DNA of 64,000 nucleotides. Origin: Nannocystis bainbridge (GTDB lineage Bacteria; Myxococcota_A; Polyangia; Nannocystales; Nannocystaceae). Below, piece by piece: positions 51,042 through 60,811 of the stretch. Position numbers and translations under genes: made by a program. The stretch's first letter is position 1. Every line of letters starts with the position of its first letter. The stretch covers positions 1,280,001-1,344,000 of the forward strand of contig NZ_JAQNDL010000002.1 in the NCBI RefSeq assembly GCF_028368995.1, given 5' to 3'. The notes under the pieces are model-generated. The model ran no database searches, was not told the DNA's origin, and was given only the letters and a program-made list of their open reading frames with translations.

Positions 51042-52033
51042 GCGAGCACCTCGACCGACGGATCGGGGCCGGGGCCGACGATGTCGACGGCGTGCACGCC
51101 GGGCACGTCGCGCAGGCGCAGCGCGAGGTCGTCGGCGTGGGCGGTCAGGCACAGCACCTTGACGTGCGGGCCGGCGTCGCTGGTGACGAAGCCCTGCAGG
51201 CCGTCGCCGCGCAGGCGCCACACGGCGTGGATGACGTCGAGGGTGGCGCCGCGCCAGTACACGATCGGCGGGCGGCTGGCCATCATGCAGGCGTGCATCT
51301 TGAAGCAGGAGTGCTCGAGGATGTCCCCGAGGACAGGTAGGTCGCGGGCCGCCAGCGCGGCCTCGGCGGCGGCGAGGTCGGCCTCGGAGGTGTCGACCCA
51401 CGGGCCGTAGTAGGGCGAGGTGTCGCGGCTGCGCTGCATGCCGGCGGTCGAGCCGAGCGACTTGGGGCCGCGCTCGGTGTGGACGATGAGCAGGCGGACG
51501 TCCCAGTGCGACTGCGGCTGCAGCGGGTAGGCCCGGCAGTCGCTGCCGTCGGGCTGCACGCCGCGGTCGAGGCGGACGAAGCCGCCCCACAGCGAGCGCG
51601 CGGCCGAGCCGGAGCCGCGGCGCGCCAGGGCCGACAGCGCGGGGCGGCCGGGCTCGTACTCGAAGGCGGCGGCGGCGGCGAGGGTCAGGGCGGCGAAGCC
51701 CGAGGCGCTGCTGGCCAGGCCGGCGGCCGTCGGCAGGTGGTTGTGCGAGGTGACGGCGCAGGTCGGACGCGCACCGGCGTGACCGGCGGCCTGCCACATG
51801 CGATCGAGGTGGCGCATGACCTTGGCCGCGACCTCGCCCGAAGCTGGCTCTTGGTTCAGGTGGAACGAGTCCTGCTCGCCGGGACCGACGGTGGTCACGC
51901 TGCGCAGGTGATCGAGGGTCAGCGACAGCGAACCGACGGCCGGCAGATTGAGGTCGGCCGGCGACGCGTCGCGCTTGCCCCAATACTTGACGAGGGCGAT
52001 GTTGGTATGGGCGACGGCCCGGGCGCTCTTCAT
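51038..52033 (-). CDS. mvaD: Diphosphomevalonate decarboxylase
   Basis: NIALVKYWGK, PTAAGLASSASG, RRGSGSAARS and DAGPHV motifs. Confidence 0.95.
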
Positions 52034-52953
52034 GACGCGGCGACCTCGACGGACAGCGGACGGAGGGTGGGGAAGGCGGCGGTGAGGCGATCGGGGGCGT
52101 CGCCGGCGAGGACCAGCAGGCAGCCGCCGCAGCCGGCCCCGGTGAGCTTGGCCCCGCGCGCGCCGGCGGCCCGCGCGTCGGCGGCCATGCGGTCGAGCGC
52201 GGGCGAGGAGACGTCGAGCGCGCCGAGCAGGCCGTGGGCGACGTCGAAGAGGACGCCGAGCGTGTCGAGGTCGCCGTGCTCGATGGCGTGGATGCCCGCC
52301 TCGACGGCCTGACCGACGGCGATCAGGACCGGGCGGACGACGCTCGGCAGGTGCTCGAGGCGGCTGCGGCAGCGCGCGACCTGATCGGCGGTGCTGCGCG
52401 GGATGCCGCTCGGGATGATGACGAGCGGCAGCGAGGCGCCGGGGTGGATGGTCCGCGGGGGCTCGCCGCGGACGTAGCGGAGGACCCCGCCCTGGGCGGC
52501 GACGCGGCTGTCGAGGCCGGACGGCTCGCCGTGGAACACGCGCTCGCCGGCCAGCGAGGCGGCGACGACGTCGTCGATGCTGGCGTCTGGCCCGAAGACC
52601 AGGCGGGCGAGGGCGACGGTGAGGGCCGCGGACGAGCCGAGGCCGGCGCGCGAGGGCAGGGCGCTGGTGCCCTGGATCGCCCAGCCGGTGACGGGGCCGT
52701 CGCAGTGGGCGAGGACCTCGAGGCAGGCACGCGCGACCGGATGATCGCTGCCAGGATGCAGCTCGAGGTCGAGGTCCCAGGCGGGGATCTCGAGGGTGAT
52801 CGGCAGGCGCGGATCGGGCCGCGGGCGCGCCTCGAGCACGATGCCCTGCGGCAGGCCGGCGGCGACGGCCGGGTAGCCGTAGACGACGGCGTGCTCGCCG
52901 AGCACGATGACCTTGCCGTGGGCCTCGGCGCGCGCGTGCAGCGGGATGGTCAT
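52030..52953 (-). CDS. mvk: Mevalonate kinase
   Basis: GKVIVLGEHAVVYG, GLGSSAA, HGEPSGLD and AKLTGAGCGG motifs; ATGA overlaps with both neighbours. Confidence 0.92.
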   Translation of the reverse strand: MTIPLHARAEAHGKVIVLGEHAVVYGYPAVAAGLPQGIVLEARPRPDPRLPITLEIPAWDLDLELHPGSDHPVARACLEVLAHCDGPVTGWAIQGTSALPSRAGLGSSAALTVALARLVFGPDASIDDVVAASLAGERVFHGEPSGLDSRVAAQGGVLRYVRGEPPRTIHPGASLPLVIIPSGIPRSTADQVARCRSRLEHLPSVVRPVLIAVGQAVEAGIHAIEHGDLDTLGVLFDVAHGLLGALDVSSPALDRMAADARAAGARGAKLTGAGCGGCLLVLAGDAPDRLTAAFPTLRPLSVEVAAS

Positions 52954-54014
52954 CGGCGCGGCTCCGGGACCCAGCGGGCGAGGGTCGGCCCGAGCACCCG
53001 CGGGGCCCGCTGCAGGTCGGCGACGGTGCGCGAGCCGGTGAGCAGCATGATGCTGCGGACGGTGAGCACGACGCGGCGGAGGAACGCGACCGCGCCGTCG
53101 TAGCCGCCGGCGCGGTGGGCCTTGAGCACCGGCGCCGCGAGGCCGCCGGCGGTGGCGCCGAGCGCGACGGCGCGGGCGACGTCGCTGCCGGTGCGCAGGC
53201 CGCCGGTGGCGACGATGCCCTTGAAGCCGAGGCCCTGGACCTGCAGCACGCTGGCGGCGGTGGGGATGCCCCAGTCCCACAGCTCGTCGGCGAGGGCCCG
53301 CTCGTCGGGGTCGACGGCGCGGTGGGCCTCTACGGCGACCCAGCTGGTGCCGCCCGAGCCGCTGACGTCGAGGTGCTCGACGCCGACGCTGCGGACCCGC
53401 TCGGCGACGCCGCGCGACAGGCCGCAGCCGGTCTCCTTGACGACGATCGGGATGTGCAGCTCCTCGACGAGGCGGCGCAGGGTCTCGAGGCCGTTGGAGA
53501 AGTCGCGATCGCCGCCCGGCTGGACGATTTCCATGGCCGGGTTGAGGTGGATGCAGAGGGCGTCGGCGCCGGTGTCGCGGCACAGGGTCGCAATCTCGGC
53601 GGTGGTCATGGCGCGGGCCTGGACGATGCCGAGGTTGCCGAGCAGGAGCACGTTCGGGGCCTGCTCGCGGACCTTGAAGGTGTGGGCGGTGTGCGGGCGG
53701 ACGAACATGGCGCGCTGGCTGCCGAGGCCAAAGCCGAGGCCGAGCTGGTCGGCGGCGCGCGCGAGGTCCTGGTTGATGACCGCGGCCTCCTCGGTGCCGC
53801 CGGTCATCGCGGCGATGACGACGGGGGCGCGGAGGCGCTTGCCGAGCAGCTCGACGCTCGAGTCGACCTCGTCGAGGTGAAACTCGGGCAGGGCGTCGTG
53901 CACCAGATCGACCTGCTCCAGGAGGCTGGTCTTGTCGCGGAACCCGACGTTGTCGCCGGCGCACAGGGCGAGGTGGTCCTTCTTGCGCTGCGAGATGTCG
54001 AGGCGGTCGGCCAT
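52950..54014 (-). CDS. fni: Type 2 isopentenyl-diphosphate isomerase
   Basis: RKKDHL, HDALPE, AMTGG, GSQR, HLNP, VKETGCG, GGTSW, WGIPT and TGGLR motifs. Confidence 0.95.
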   Translation of the reverse strand: MADRLDISQRKKDHLALCAGDNVGFRDKTSLLEQVDLVHDALPEFHLDEVDSSVELLGKRLRAPVVIAAMTGGTEEAAVINQDLARAADQLGLGFGLGSQRAMFVRPHTAHTFKVREQAPNVLLLGNLGIVQARAMTTAEIATLCRDTGADALCIHLNPAMEIVQPGGDRDFSNGLETLRRLVEELHIPIVVKETGCGLSRGVAERVRSVGVEHLDVSGSGGTSWVAVEAHRAVDPDERALADELWDWGIPTAASVLQVQGLGFKGIVATGGLRTGSDVARAVALGATAGGLAAPVLKAHRAGGYDGAVAFLRRVVLTVRSIMLLTGSRTVADLQRAPRVLGPTLARWVPEPRR

Positions 54015-54249
54015 GAGCCTGGGCAATGTAGCTGCTAGCCCCAGGGGCCCGCCCGCTCCGCCGCGCGCCCGCCCGTGTGGAAACTCGTTCGCGCGGCGGA
54101 ATGCCGCATGGGAGGGGCGCCGCCGCCGCCCGGACCCGTGATCCGCAGCACAGGACCCGCCGGCTGCGGGTGATCCCGCGAGGACCGCCTGCGCGCGCGA
54201 ACGGGCTTGCGCGCGGCAATTGCGGGCGCGCGACGGGCTCGGTGGGAGG

Positions 54250-54319
54250 TGACCGATCGGGCATGTCCGATCGAGAATGTTCTGAAGGACATGTCGTGAG
54301 GGGCATGTCCCAAGGGGCT
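54250..54319. repeat. Phased array of five 14-bp units upstream of the mevalonate operon
   Basis: TGACCGATCGGGCA TGTCCGATCGAGAA TGTTCTGAAGGACA TGTCGTGAGGGGCA TGTCCCAAGGGGCT. Confidence 0.8.
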
Positions 54320-54665
54320 GGTGAGACTCGGAGCGGCGATGACGGCTGGGCGCGGCGCCGGGGCGCTCGACGCGGGCGGTCGAGCGCGCTGCCGCGGGCG
54401 CTGGGCGAGCGCGCTGCAGCGACCGTGAGTCGGGCTGCAGCGGCGTCGGACGTGGTTCGGACGCGCGGCGGCGCCAGGCGGGGATGGGGCGGACGCCGGG
54501 TGGCGTGAGAGGCCGAGGATCACCGCGTGGTGGTCCGCGGCGGCTCGGCGGCGGCGGGGGCCTACCGGGCGGGAGCGGGCGCGGCCGTGTCGAGTGATGT
54601 CGGCAGCCGTCGCAGCGCCCGGAAGCGCGCTTGCGGGGTGATGGGGGCTCTGTTAGAGGTGCCGG

Positions 54666-55778
54666 ATGGTCTTTTTCGTGGCTCGCCGTGCGCCGACCCT
54701 CGCGCTTTTTTCCATGCTCGTGCTCGCGGCGTGTGGTTCCGACAGAGACCCGCTCGAGTCTGCCACCGGGGTGTCGGGCGGGCCGAGCGGGGGCCCGAGC
54801 GGGGGTCCGAGCGGTGACCCGAGCGGGGACCCGACCGACGGCGTGACGAGCAGCGGGACCGACACGGGCGGCTCCAGTCACCCGCCGTGCGAGCAATACC
54901 TGGCGTGCGTCGCGGTCGTCTCGCCCGACGCGCTGCCCACCGCCGAGTCGACGTTCGGGCCGATGGGCACCTGCTGGGACAGCTCCCCGGAGGTCCTGCA
55001 GGGCTGCCTCGACAGCTGCGCGTCGGGACTCTCGACGTTCGGGATGGTGTACCCGGACGAGCCGGCGTGCGGTGGTGGCGGCGGCACGACCGGCGAGCCG
55101 ACCGGCACGACGACCGAGAGCGGCGTGAGCACCGAGCCCACGGGCACGACCGAGCCGGTATTCTGCCAGGACTCCCCGGGTCGGCCCGACGGCGCCGATT
55201 GCAGCGATTCGAGCGGCTGCGGCTGCAAGTCCGGCGCGTGCTTCCTGATCCCCGCGGTCGGCGGCGTGTGCGGGGAGTGCCTGGGAGACGCCGACTGCGA
55301 CGGCGGCGGCTGCACGGCGCCCAACCTGTTCGGCGGCGTCGGCGGCGGGTCGCAGTGCAACGCGGGCGGCCCCGGCGACGGCTGCCAGTCCGACGCGGTG
55401 TGCTCCGACCCGAGCAACGACGTGTGCGGAGAGGTGATGTCGGTCCCCGGCATCATCACCATCTCGACCTGCGGCGAGTGCGAGACGAACGCGGACTGCG
55501 GCGGACAGACGCCGGTGTGCGCGCCGAAGTACGACCTCGCCAAATTCGGCGGCCGGTTCGACTGCGTGGCGGCCGGGTCGGTGGCCAACGGCGGCGGCTG
55601 CCAGACGAACGCGGCCTGCGCTTCGGGCCACTGCGGCGAGGTCTCCGCGATGGGCCTGCTCAAGTTCACGGTGTGCGGCGAGTGCCTGAGCGACAATGAC
55701 TGCGGTCCGGGCGAACAGTGCTATGGCGGGTCGGCCGACCTCAACGTCGGCAAGCTGACCGGCGCGACCTGTCAGTGA
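54666..55778 (+). CDS. Cys-rich lipoprotein
   Basis: Lipobox LAAC, PSGG/PSGD linker repeats and repeated CGEC..D.DC modules. Confidence 0.78.
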   Translation: MVFFVARRAPTLALFSMLVLAACGSDRDPLESATGVSGGPSGGPSGGPSGDPSGDPTDGVTSSGTDTGGSSHPPCEQYLACVAVVSPDALPTAESTFGPMGTCWDSSPEVLQGCLDSCASGLSTFGMVYPDEPACGGGGGTTGEPTGTTTESGVSTEPTGTTEPVFCQDSPGRPDGADCSDSSGCGCKSGACFLIPAVGGVCGECLGDADCDGGGCTAPNLFGGVGGGSQCNAGGPGDGCQSDAVCSDPSNDVCGEVMSVPGIITISTCGECETNADCGGQTPVCAPKYDLAKFGGRFDCVAAGSVANGGGCQTNAACASGHCGEVSAMGLLKFTVCGECLSDNDCGPGEQCYGGSADLNVGKLTGATCQ

Positions 55779-55968
55779 GGCCGGGCCGCGGGCCGCGAGG
55801 CGTGGCGTCCGCGTCGGCGGCGTCGGCGGCGTCGACGGGGTCGGCTTCGACTTGGGTGGGCGGCCGAGCGCGCGCACGTCGGCCCTCGCCAAGCGAGGTC
55901 GCAGCGCCGCGCCCGCGGGCGTTCGCCGCGGTTGCGCGCGGCGGGCGAGTCGCGCTACGGATCGGCCG

Positions 55969-56376
55969 ATGAACCCGACGCAGAGGCTCCCCAACGGCGT
56001 GACCGTGTACAAGTGGCCGCACAACGCCGAGCCGACGGCCGAGTCGGTGGCGGCCGAGATGGCGCGGTTCGGCTTCCGCAGCTACGACCTGCAGACGGTG
56101 CCGGCGTGGTTCTTCCGCAGCCGCCACGCGCACGACGAGGAGGAGATCCGCGGGGCGGTGACCGGCGTGACGACGTTCCACTTCGACGAGGGGCCGGTGA
56201 CGCTCGAGGCCGGCGACATCCTGCTCATCCCGTCGGGGGTGGCCCACGAGGTCCGCAGCCACAACGGGCGCACGTTCTCGGCCTACAAGGGCTCGCGCAG
56301 CGGCGAGCGCCACGTGACGGAGCACGGCGACGCGCGCGGCAGCGTCGAGGACCTGGCCCGCGGGGGTCGCTCGTGA
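55969..56376 (+). CDS. Cupin domain protein
   Basis: HAHDEEE...GDILLIPSGVAH metal-binding cupin motifs. Confidence 0.8.
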   Translation: MNPTQRLPNGVTVYKWPHNAEPTAESVAAEMARFGFRSYDLQTVPAWFFRSRHAHDEEEIRGAVTGVTTFHFDEGPVTLEAGDILLIPSGVAHEVRSHNGRTFSAYKGSRSGERHVTEHGDARGSVEDLARGGRS

Positions 56377-57023
56377 GCCACCTGATCGCGCTCGACCTCG
56401 ACGGCACGCTCGAGGACAGCCGCGACGACATGGTCGCAGCGGTGCTGCGGGTGCGGGCCGGGTTCGGCCTGTCCGAACGGCCAGGTGCGGAGTTCCTGCC
56501 GCACGTCAACGCCGGGATGGACCACCTGTACCGCCAGTGCTTCGCCGACTACGTGGGCGCCGACGGGGCGCTGGACGAGGTGCGCGCGGCCTACGAGGCC
56601 GACTACCTGGCCCACATCGCCGACGCGACGCGGCTGTACCCGGGCATGGGCGACGCGCTGGTCGAGCTGGCGGCGCTCGGCTCGCTGGCGTGCGTGACGA
56701 ACAAGCCCGAGCGGCTCAGCGCGGCGCTGCTCGAGGCGCTCGGGGTCGGGCGCCTGTTCTCGGCGGTGATCGGCGGCGACACGTGCCCCGAGTGCAAGCC
56801 GAGCCCGCGGGTGCTGGTCGAGGCGAGCCGTCGCGTCGGCCGCTCGGGGGCGGCGCTGATGATCGGCGACTCGGCGGCGGACGTGAAGTGCGGGCGCGCG
56901 TTCGGGGCGACGACGATCTGGTGCGCGTGGGGCTACGCGGCCGAGCCAGGGGCCGAGCCGCCGGACCACCGCGCCGCGGCGCCGCACGAGCTGCCGCGGC
57001 TGGTGCGCTCGCTGCTGCCCTGA
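56373..57023 (+). CDS. gph: HAD hydrolase, phosphoglycolate phosphatase-like
   Basis: DLDGTL.DS, LYPG, VTNKP, KPSP and MIGDSAAD motifs. Confidence 0.82.
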   Translation: MSHLIALDLDGTLEDSRDDMVAAVLRVRAGFGLSERPGAEFLPHVNAGMDHLYRQCFADYVGADGALDEVRAAYEADYLAHIADATRLYPGMGDALVELAALGSLACVTNKPERLSAALLEALGVGRLFSAVIGGDTCPECKPSPRVLVEASRRVGRSGAALMIGDSAADVKCGRAFGATTIWCAWGYAAEPGAEPPDHRAAAPHELPRLVRSLLP

Positions 57024-57094
57024 AGCGGCGAGCGCGGCGCAGGAGGAGGCGCGGCTGCGAAGGGAGCGCTCGCGGGTGCCCTGAGCGGGCAGCG

Positions 57095-57247
57095 GCGGCA
57101 GCGGCGAGCCCTCGCAGCAGCGAGGCGCACGAGCGGCAGCGGCGAGCCCTCGCAGCAGAGGCGCACGAGCGGCAGCGGCGAGCCCTCGCAGCAGAGGCGC
57201 ACGAGCGGCAGCGGCGAGCCCTCGCAGCAGCGAGGCGCACGAGCGGC
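57095..57247. repeat. 36-bp tandem repeat, about 4 copies
   Basis: Unit GAGGCGCACGAGCGGCAGCGGCGAGCCCTCGCAGCA, with 2-bp indels. Confidence 0.88.
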
Positions 57248-57336
57248 TGCACCGGGCGCGCTCGCCGGGGGCGAGGTGCGGCGGGAGCTGTCGGCGAGCG
57301 AGCGGACGCGGCCCGAGGAGTGGCGAAGTTCGAACC

Positions 57337-57406
57337 TGTCGCATGGGGCATGCCGTAAGGGGCATGTCCCTTCGCGCATGTCGCGAAGAGCATGTCCCGA
57401 CGAACA
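57337..57406. repeat. Phased array of five 14-bp palindromic units
   Basis: TGTCGCATGGGGCA TGCCGTAAGGGGCA TGTCCCTTCGCGCA TGTCGCGAAGAGCA TGTCCCGACGAACA. Confidence 0.85.
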
Positions 57407-57409
57407 TGC

Positions 57410-58753
57410 TCAAGCGTTCAGCTGAAACACGGCGTCCTCGAGCCAGTCGTTGAGGAACACGCCGCCCGGATCGAGGGCGGCGCGGTGGGCCAGGAAGGTG
57501 TCCATCTCCGAGTAGCGCTCACGGACCGCGCGCGGGTGCAGCAGGTACTTGCCCCAGTGCGGGCGGGCGCCGGGGATGGCCAGCATCTCGGCGCTCCACT
57601 GCGCGTAGAAGGCGTCGGCGTCGCGGGCCGAGCGGGTGGTGACGACCTCGATGTCGCAGATGGCCCGGCCGTGCGCGGGGGCCAGCAGGGCCGCGCTGGG
57701 GCCGATGAAGCGGGCGTGCACCACCATGTTGACGGGGAAGCTGGCGGCGCGGGCGAGGCGGTCGATGAGGCCGATCGTGCGCCGCCAGGCCTGCTCGGCG
57801 TCGGCCAGCGGGACGCCGTACGACATGTCCCAGCAGCGCGGGTAGGCCCGCTGGTAGTGGAAGGCGCGCGAGGCCGGGGCGACGGCGCTGCCGGAGGTCA
57901 TCGACAGGTGCGGGGCGAGCTGCATGAACGCGGGCGTGAGCTCGGGGGCGACGCGGCCCAGCAGCGGCAGCACGCCGTTGCACCCGGCGTAGGTGCAGGC
58001 GTAGGTGAAGGCGAACTTGAGGCGGTCGGCGACGGTGGCCCCGCGGTCGGGCTCGTCGGTGCGGCGCATCAGCTTGCACCACAGGGTGTCGGTGAAGGGG
58101 AACCAGTAGAGCTCGACGAATTCGTAGGTGGCGAGCAGGTCGGGCAGGCCGCCGAGCACGTCGTCGACGCCGATCCGGCGGTCCTCGACGTGGAGGTGGA
58201 ACTCGGGCCAGCAGCGCATGGTGACGTCGTGGACGACGCCGAGCGCGCCGAGCGAGCAGCGGGCGGCGTCGAACAGCGAGCCGTCGGCGGCGCTCAGGTG
58301 ATGGACTTCGCCGCGCGCGTCGACGAGGGTCAGGGCGACGACCTCGTCGGACATGGTCGAGGTGTGGAGGCCGGTGCCGTGGGCGGCCACCGCGATCGCG
58401 CCGCCGACGGAGATGTCCTGGAAGATGGTCGGCGTGATCAGGGTGAGGCCGCGGGCCTGGGTGAAGCGGACCAGGTCGCGCACGGTCGCGCCGGCCTCGA
58501 CGCGGATCGCGGGGGCGCCGTCGAAGCGGGTCTCGTGCACGCGGCGGAGCCGGCCGAGATCGACGAGGCTGCCGCGCGTGGGCACCAGCGGGCTCCACGA
58601 GCACGAATTGCCGACAGCGCGGATCCGGCCCGAGCGGCCGGCGCAGCGCACCGCCTCACGCAGCTCGTGAAGATCGCCGGGGCGGTAGAGGTCGGCGGTG
58701 CACGCCAGGTTGTCGTTCCAGTTGCGCCACTGGTAGTGCGGGATCCGGTCCAA
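57410..58753 (-). CDS. FAD-linked oxidase, aldonolactone oxidase (ALO/GULO)-like
   Basis: WRNW, VEAGAT, ISVGGAIAVAAHGTG, SLGALGV, ELYWFP, RPHWGK and LDPGGVFLN motifs. Confidence 0.85.
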   Translation of the reverse strand: MDRIPHYQWRNWNDNLACTADLYRPGDLHELREAVRCAGRSGRIRAVGNSCSWSPLVPTRGSLVDLGRLRRVHETRFDGAPAIRVEAGATVRDLVRFTQARGLTLITPTIFQDISVGGAIAVAAHGTGLHTSTMSDEVVALTLVDARGEVHHLSAADGSLFDAARCSLGALGVVHDVTMRCWPEFHLHVEDRRIGVDDVLGGLPDLLATYEFVELYWFPFTDTLWCKLMRRTDEPDRGATVADRLKFAFTYACTYAGCNGVLPLLGRVAPELTPAFMQLAPHLSMTSGSAVAPASRAFHYQRAYPRCWDMSYGVPLADAEQAWRRTIGLIDRLARAASFPVNMVVHARFIGPSAALLAPAHGRAICDIEVVTTRSARDADAFYAQWSAEMLAIPGARPHWGKYLLHPRAVRERYSEMDTFLAHRAALDPGGVFLNDWLEDAVFQLNA

Positions 58754-58763
58754 GGTCGGCTCG

Positions 58764-60476
58764 TCAGATGTTGATGCTGTTCGGCACCAGCCGCGGCAGC
58801 AGGTACGGATAGGGTCGCGGACGGGCGCGGTTGCGCTGCTCGATCTGCTGCTCGACGGCCGCGAGGTCCGTGTGAAGGCGGGCGATCAGCGGCCGCGCCG
58901 CGGCGACCTGGCCGAGCGCGTAGGGGCCGTAGTCGCCGAAGCGATCGAAGCGATAGAACGCGATCTGGTTGTTTTGGAATTGCTCGGCGCCGATGTCGAG
59001 CGGCGGCAAGGTGGCGGCGATCCGGGCGGCGTCGACGACCTCGTCCTCGCGCGGCGGGGGCCGGTAGGCGGCGCCGGGGAAGGCGGGGACGTAGGTGAAG
59101 TGATCGGTCTGGGGGAAGTGCACGGCGGCGTGACCGGGGCCGGCGATGAACAGGAACTGCGCCAGCAGGTCGACGAGGGCGGCGCGGTCGTCCAGGCCCG
59201 AGGCCGGCAACACGCCGCGCAGGCGCCCGCCGTCGTCGGCCTGCAGCTCGTCGGCGAAGGCCTGCAGCTCGGCGTCGGCGCGCACGGCCGCGTCGCTCGG
59301 GTAGTAGAGGTCGACGTAGCCGGCGACGAAGCGGCGCAGCACGGGGGTCCACAGGCGGGCGTCGTCGCGCCACGGGTACTCGCGCGGGCCTTCGCCGACG
59401 CCGCGCGCGGCGAGGTCGGTCTCGAGCTCCTGGTCGCGCACCGACCAGCGCTCGTGGCTGCGGCGCATGATGTTGCGGGTCTCGGGCAGCGCGCCGGCGT
59501 AGAGGACGTCGAACACGCTGCCCGGGGTCTTGAGCAGGTTGAAGGCGAACCGGTTGACGGCGATGGTGTGGCGGGTGTGCGGCTGCAGCAGCACGTGGAT
59601 CGGGTGCGACGGCGCGAGCTGCCGCTGCGAGCTGACGGCGAACGGCTCGGCGACGAAGTGGTGGCGATAGATGTGGCTCGACATCGCCTGCAGGTTGAAC
59701 TCGGCGATCTCGACGTAGGTCTTGGCCAGGTCCCAGCGCGGGCTGCCGTCGCGCAGGTAGACCGGGTTGGGATCGGCGGCGCCCGGCTGATCGACGCGGA
59801 TCGCCACGGGCACCAGGTCGCACTGCGGGTCGTGGCCGGGCCGCTGGCAGAACAGGGCGATCGGGGCCGGCAGGTACTTGCCGCGCCAGCGCGAGTCGCG
59901 ACCGCCGACGCCGTTGGGCGCGAGGCTCCGCGCGAGCAGCTCGAAGTCGGCGACGAACAGGTTGCCGGCGGCGTGCTCGCCGGCCAGCGTCGCGCCGGGG
60001 CCGAGCGCGCGCGCGAGGGCGTCGTCGCCGAGAGGGAGGCGCGCGCGCAGGTCGTCGAGGTCCTGCACGCGCGCCAGCAGCAGGGGGTTGGGGCCGTCGA
60101 TGCGGTTGCGAGCGAACAGGCCGTCGCGCTGGTGGTCGGTGACGGCCGGCGGGGCGCGCAGGCCGAGCCGGTCGTCGAACAGGTCGCGGAAGGCCGCGAG
60201 CTTGTCGACGTCGCCGAGCACGCCGCGCAGGCGGTGCCACAGCTTCTTGCCCTGGGCCCCGGCGACGGAGCGCAGCAGGTGCGGCAGGTACGGCAGGGCC
60301 CAGCGCGGGCCGTAGAGCTCGCGCAGCGGGAACTCGCCGGCGACGGCGATCGGCGCCAGCGGGTTGTCTTCGCGCCGCGCGTAGGTGTAGCGCTCGCGCG
60401 CGAGCCGGAGCGCCCGGCGTCGCGCGGTCGGGTCGGGCTCGTGCTGCGGCAACGAGGGCGACGGGACGGGCTTCAT
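58764..60476 (-). CDS. Lipoxygenase
   Basis: GPNP, WDLAK, HIYRHH, HPIHVLLQPH, YPWRDD, DAELQAF, HAAVH and C-terminal NSINI. Confidence 0.92.
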   Translation of the reverse strand: MKPVPSPSLPQHEPDPTARRRALRLARERYTYARREDNPLAPIAVAGEFPLRELYGPRWALPYLPHLLRSVAGAQGKKLWHRLRGVLGDVDKLAAFRDLFDDRLGLRAPPAVTDHQRDGLFARNRIDGPNPLLLARVQDLDDLRARLPLGDDALARALGPGATLAGEHAAGNLFVADFELLARSLAPNGVGGRDSRWRGKYLPAPIALFCQRPGHDPQCDLVPVAIRVDQPGAADPNPVYLRDGSPRWDLAKTYVEIAEFNLQAMSSHIYRHHFVAEPFAVSSQRQLAPSHPIHVLLQPHTRHTIAVNRFAFNLLKTPGSVFDVLYAGALPETRNIMRRSHERWSVRDQELETDLAARGVGEGPREYPWRDDARLWTPVLRRFVAGYVDLYYPSDAAVRADAELQAFADELQADDGGRLRGVLPASGLDDRAALVDLLAQFLFIAGPGHAAVHFPQTDHFTYVPAFPGAAYRPPPREDEVVDAARIAATLPPLDIGAEQFQNNQIAFYRFDRFGDYGPYALGQVAAARPLIARLHTDLAAVEQQIEQRNRARPRPYPYLLPRLVPNSINI

Positions 60477-60666
60477 CGAGCTCGACCGTAGCACGCCGGT
60501 CTACGCGGGGGCGGGAGGCACCTGTCCCGAGAGACAGCCTCTGAGGCGAACGACCGACGGCGGGCGCTCCGCGAACGGCGGTCGCCGACGGGGACAGTCG
60601 AGGCCTTTCAAGCGCGTCTCCCCGCCCCCGGGCGAGGTCACGGACGAACGGGTCGCTGCAGAACCA

Positions 60667-60809
60667 TGACCTCGAGGACAGGTTTCGAAGAGGCTGTCTC
60701 TTGAGTCATGTCCTGCGGTGCGCCGCGCGAGCTACGAGATGACCTCATGGACATGTCTCCAGGGACATGGCGCGAGCGACAGGGCACATCGGACATGACC
60801 CCGGGGACA
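60667..60809. repeat. Two phased arrays (3 and 5 units) of the 14-bp palindrome
   Basis: From 60740: TGACCTCATGGACA TGTCTCCAGGGACA TGGCGCGAGCGACA GGGCACATCGGACA TGACCCCGGGGACA. A second array lies at 60667-60708. Confidence 0.82.
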
Positions 60810-60811
60810 TG

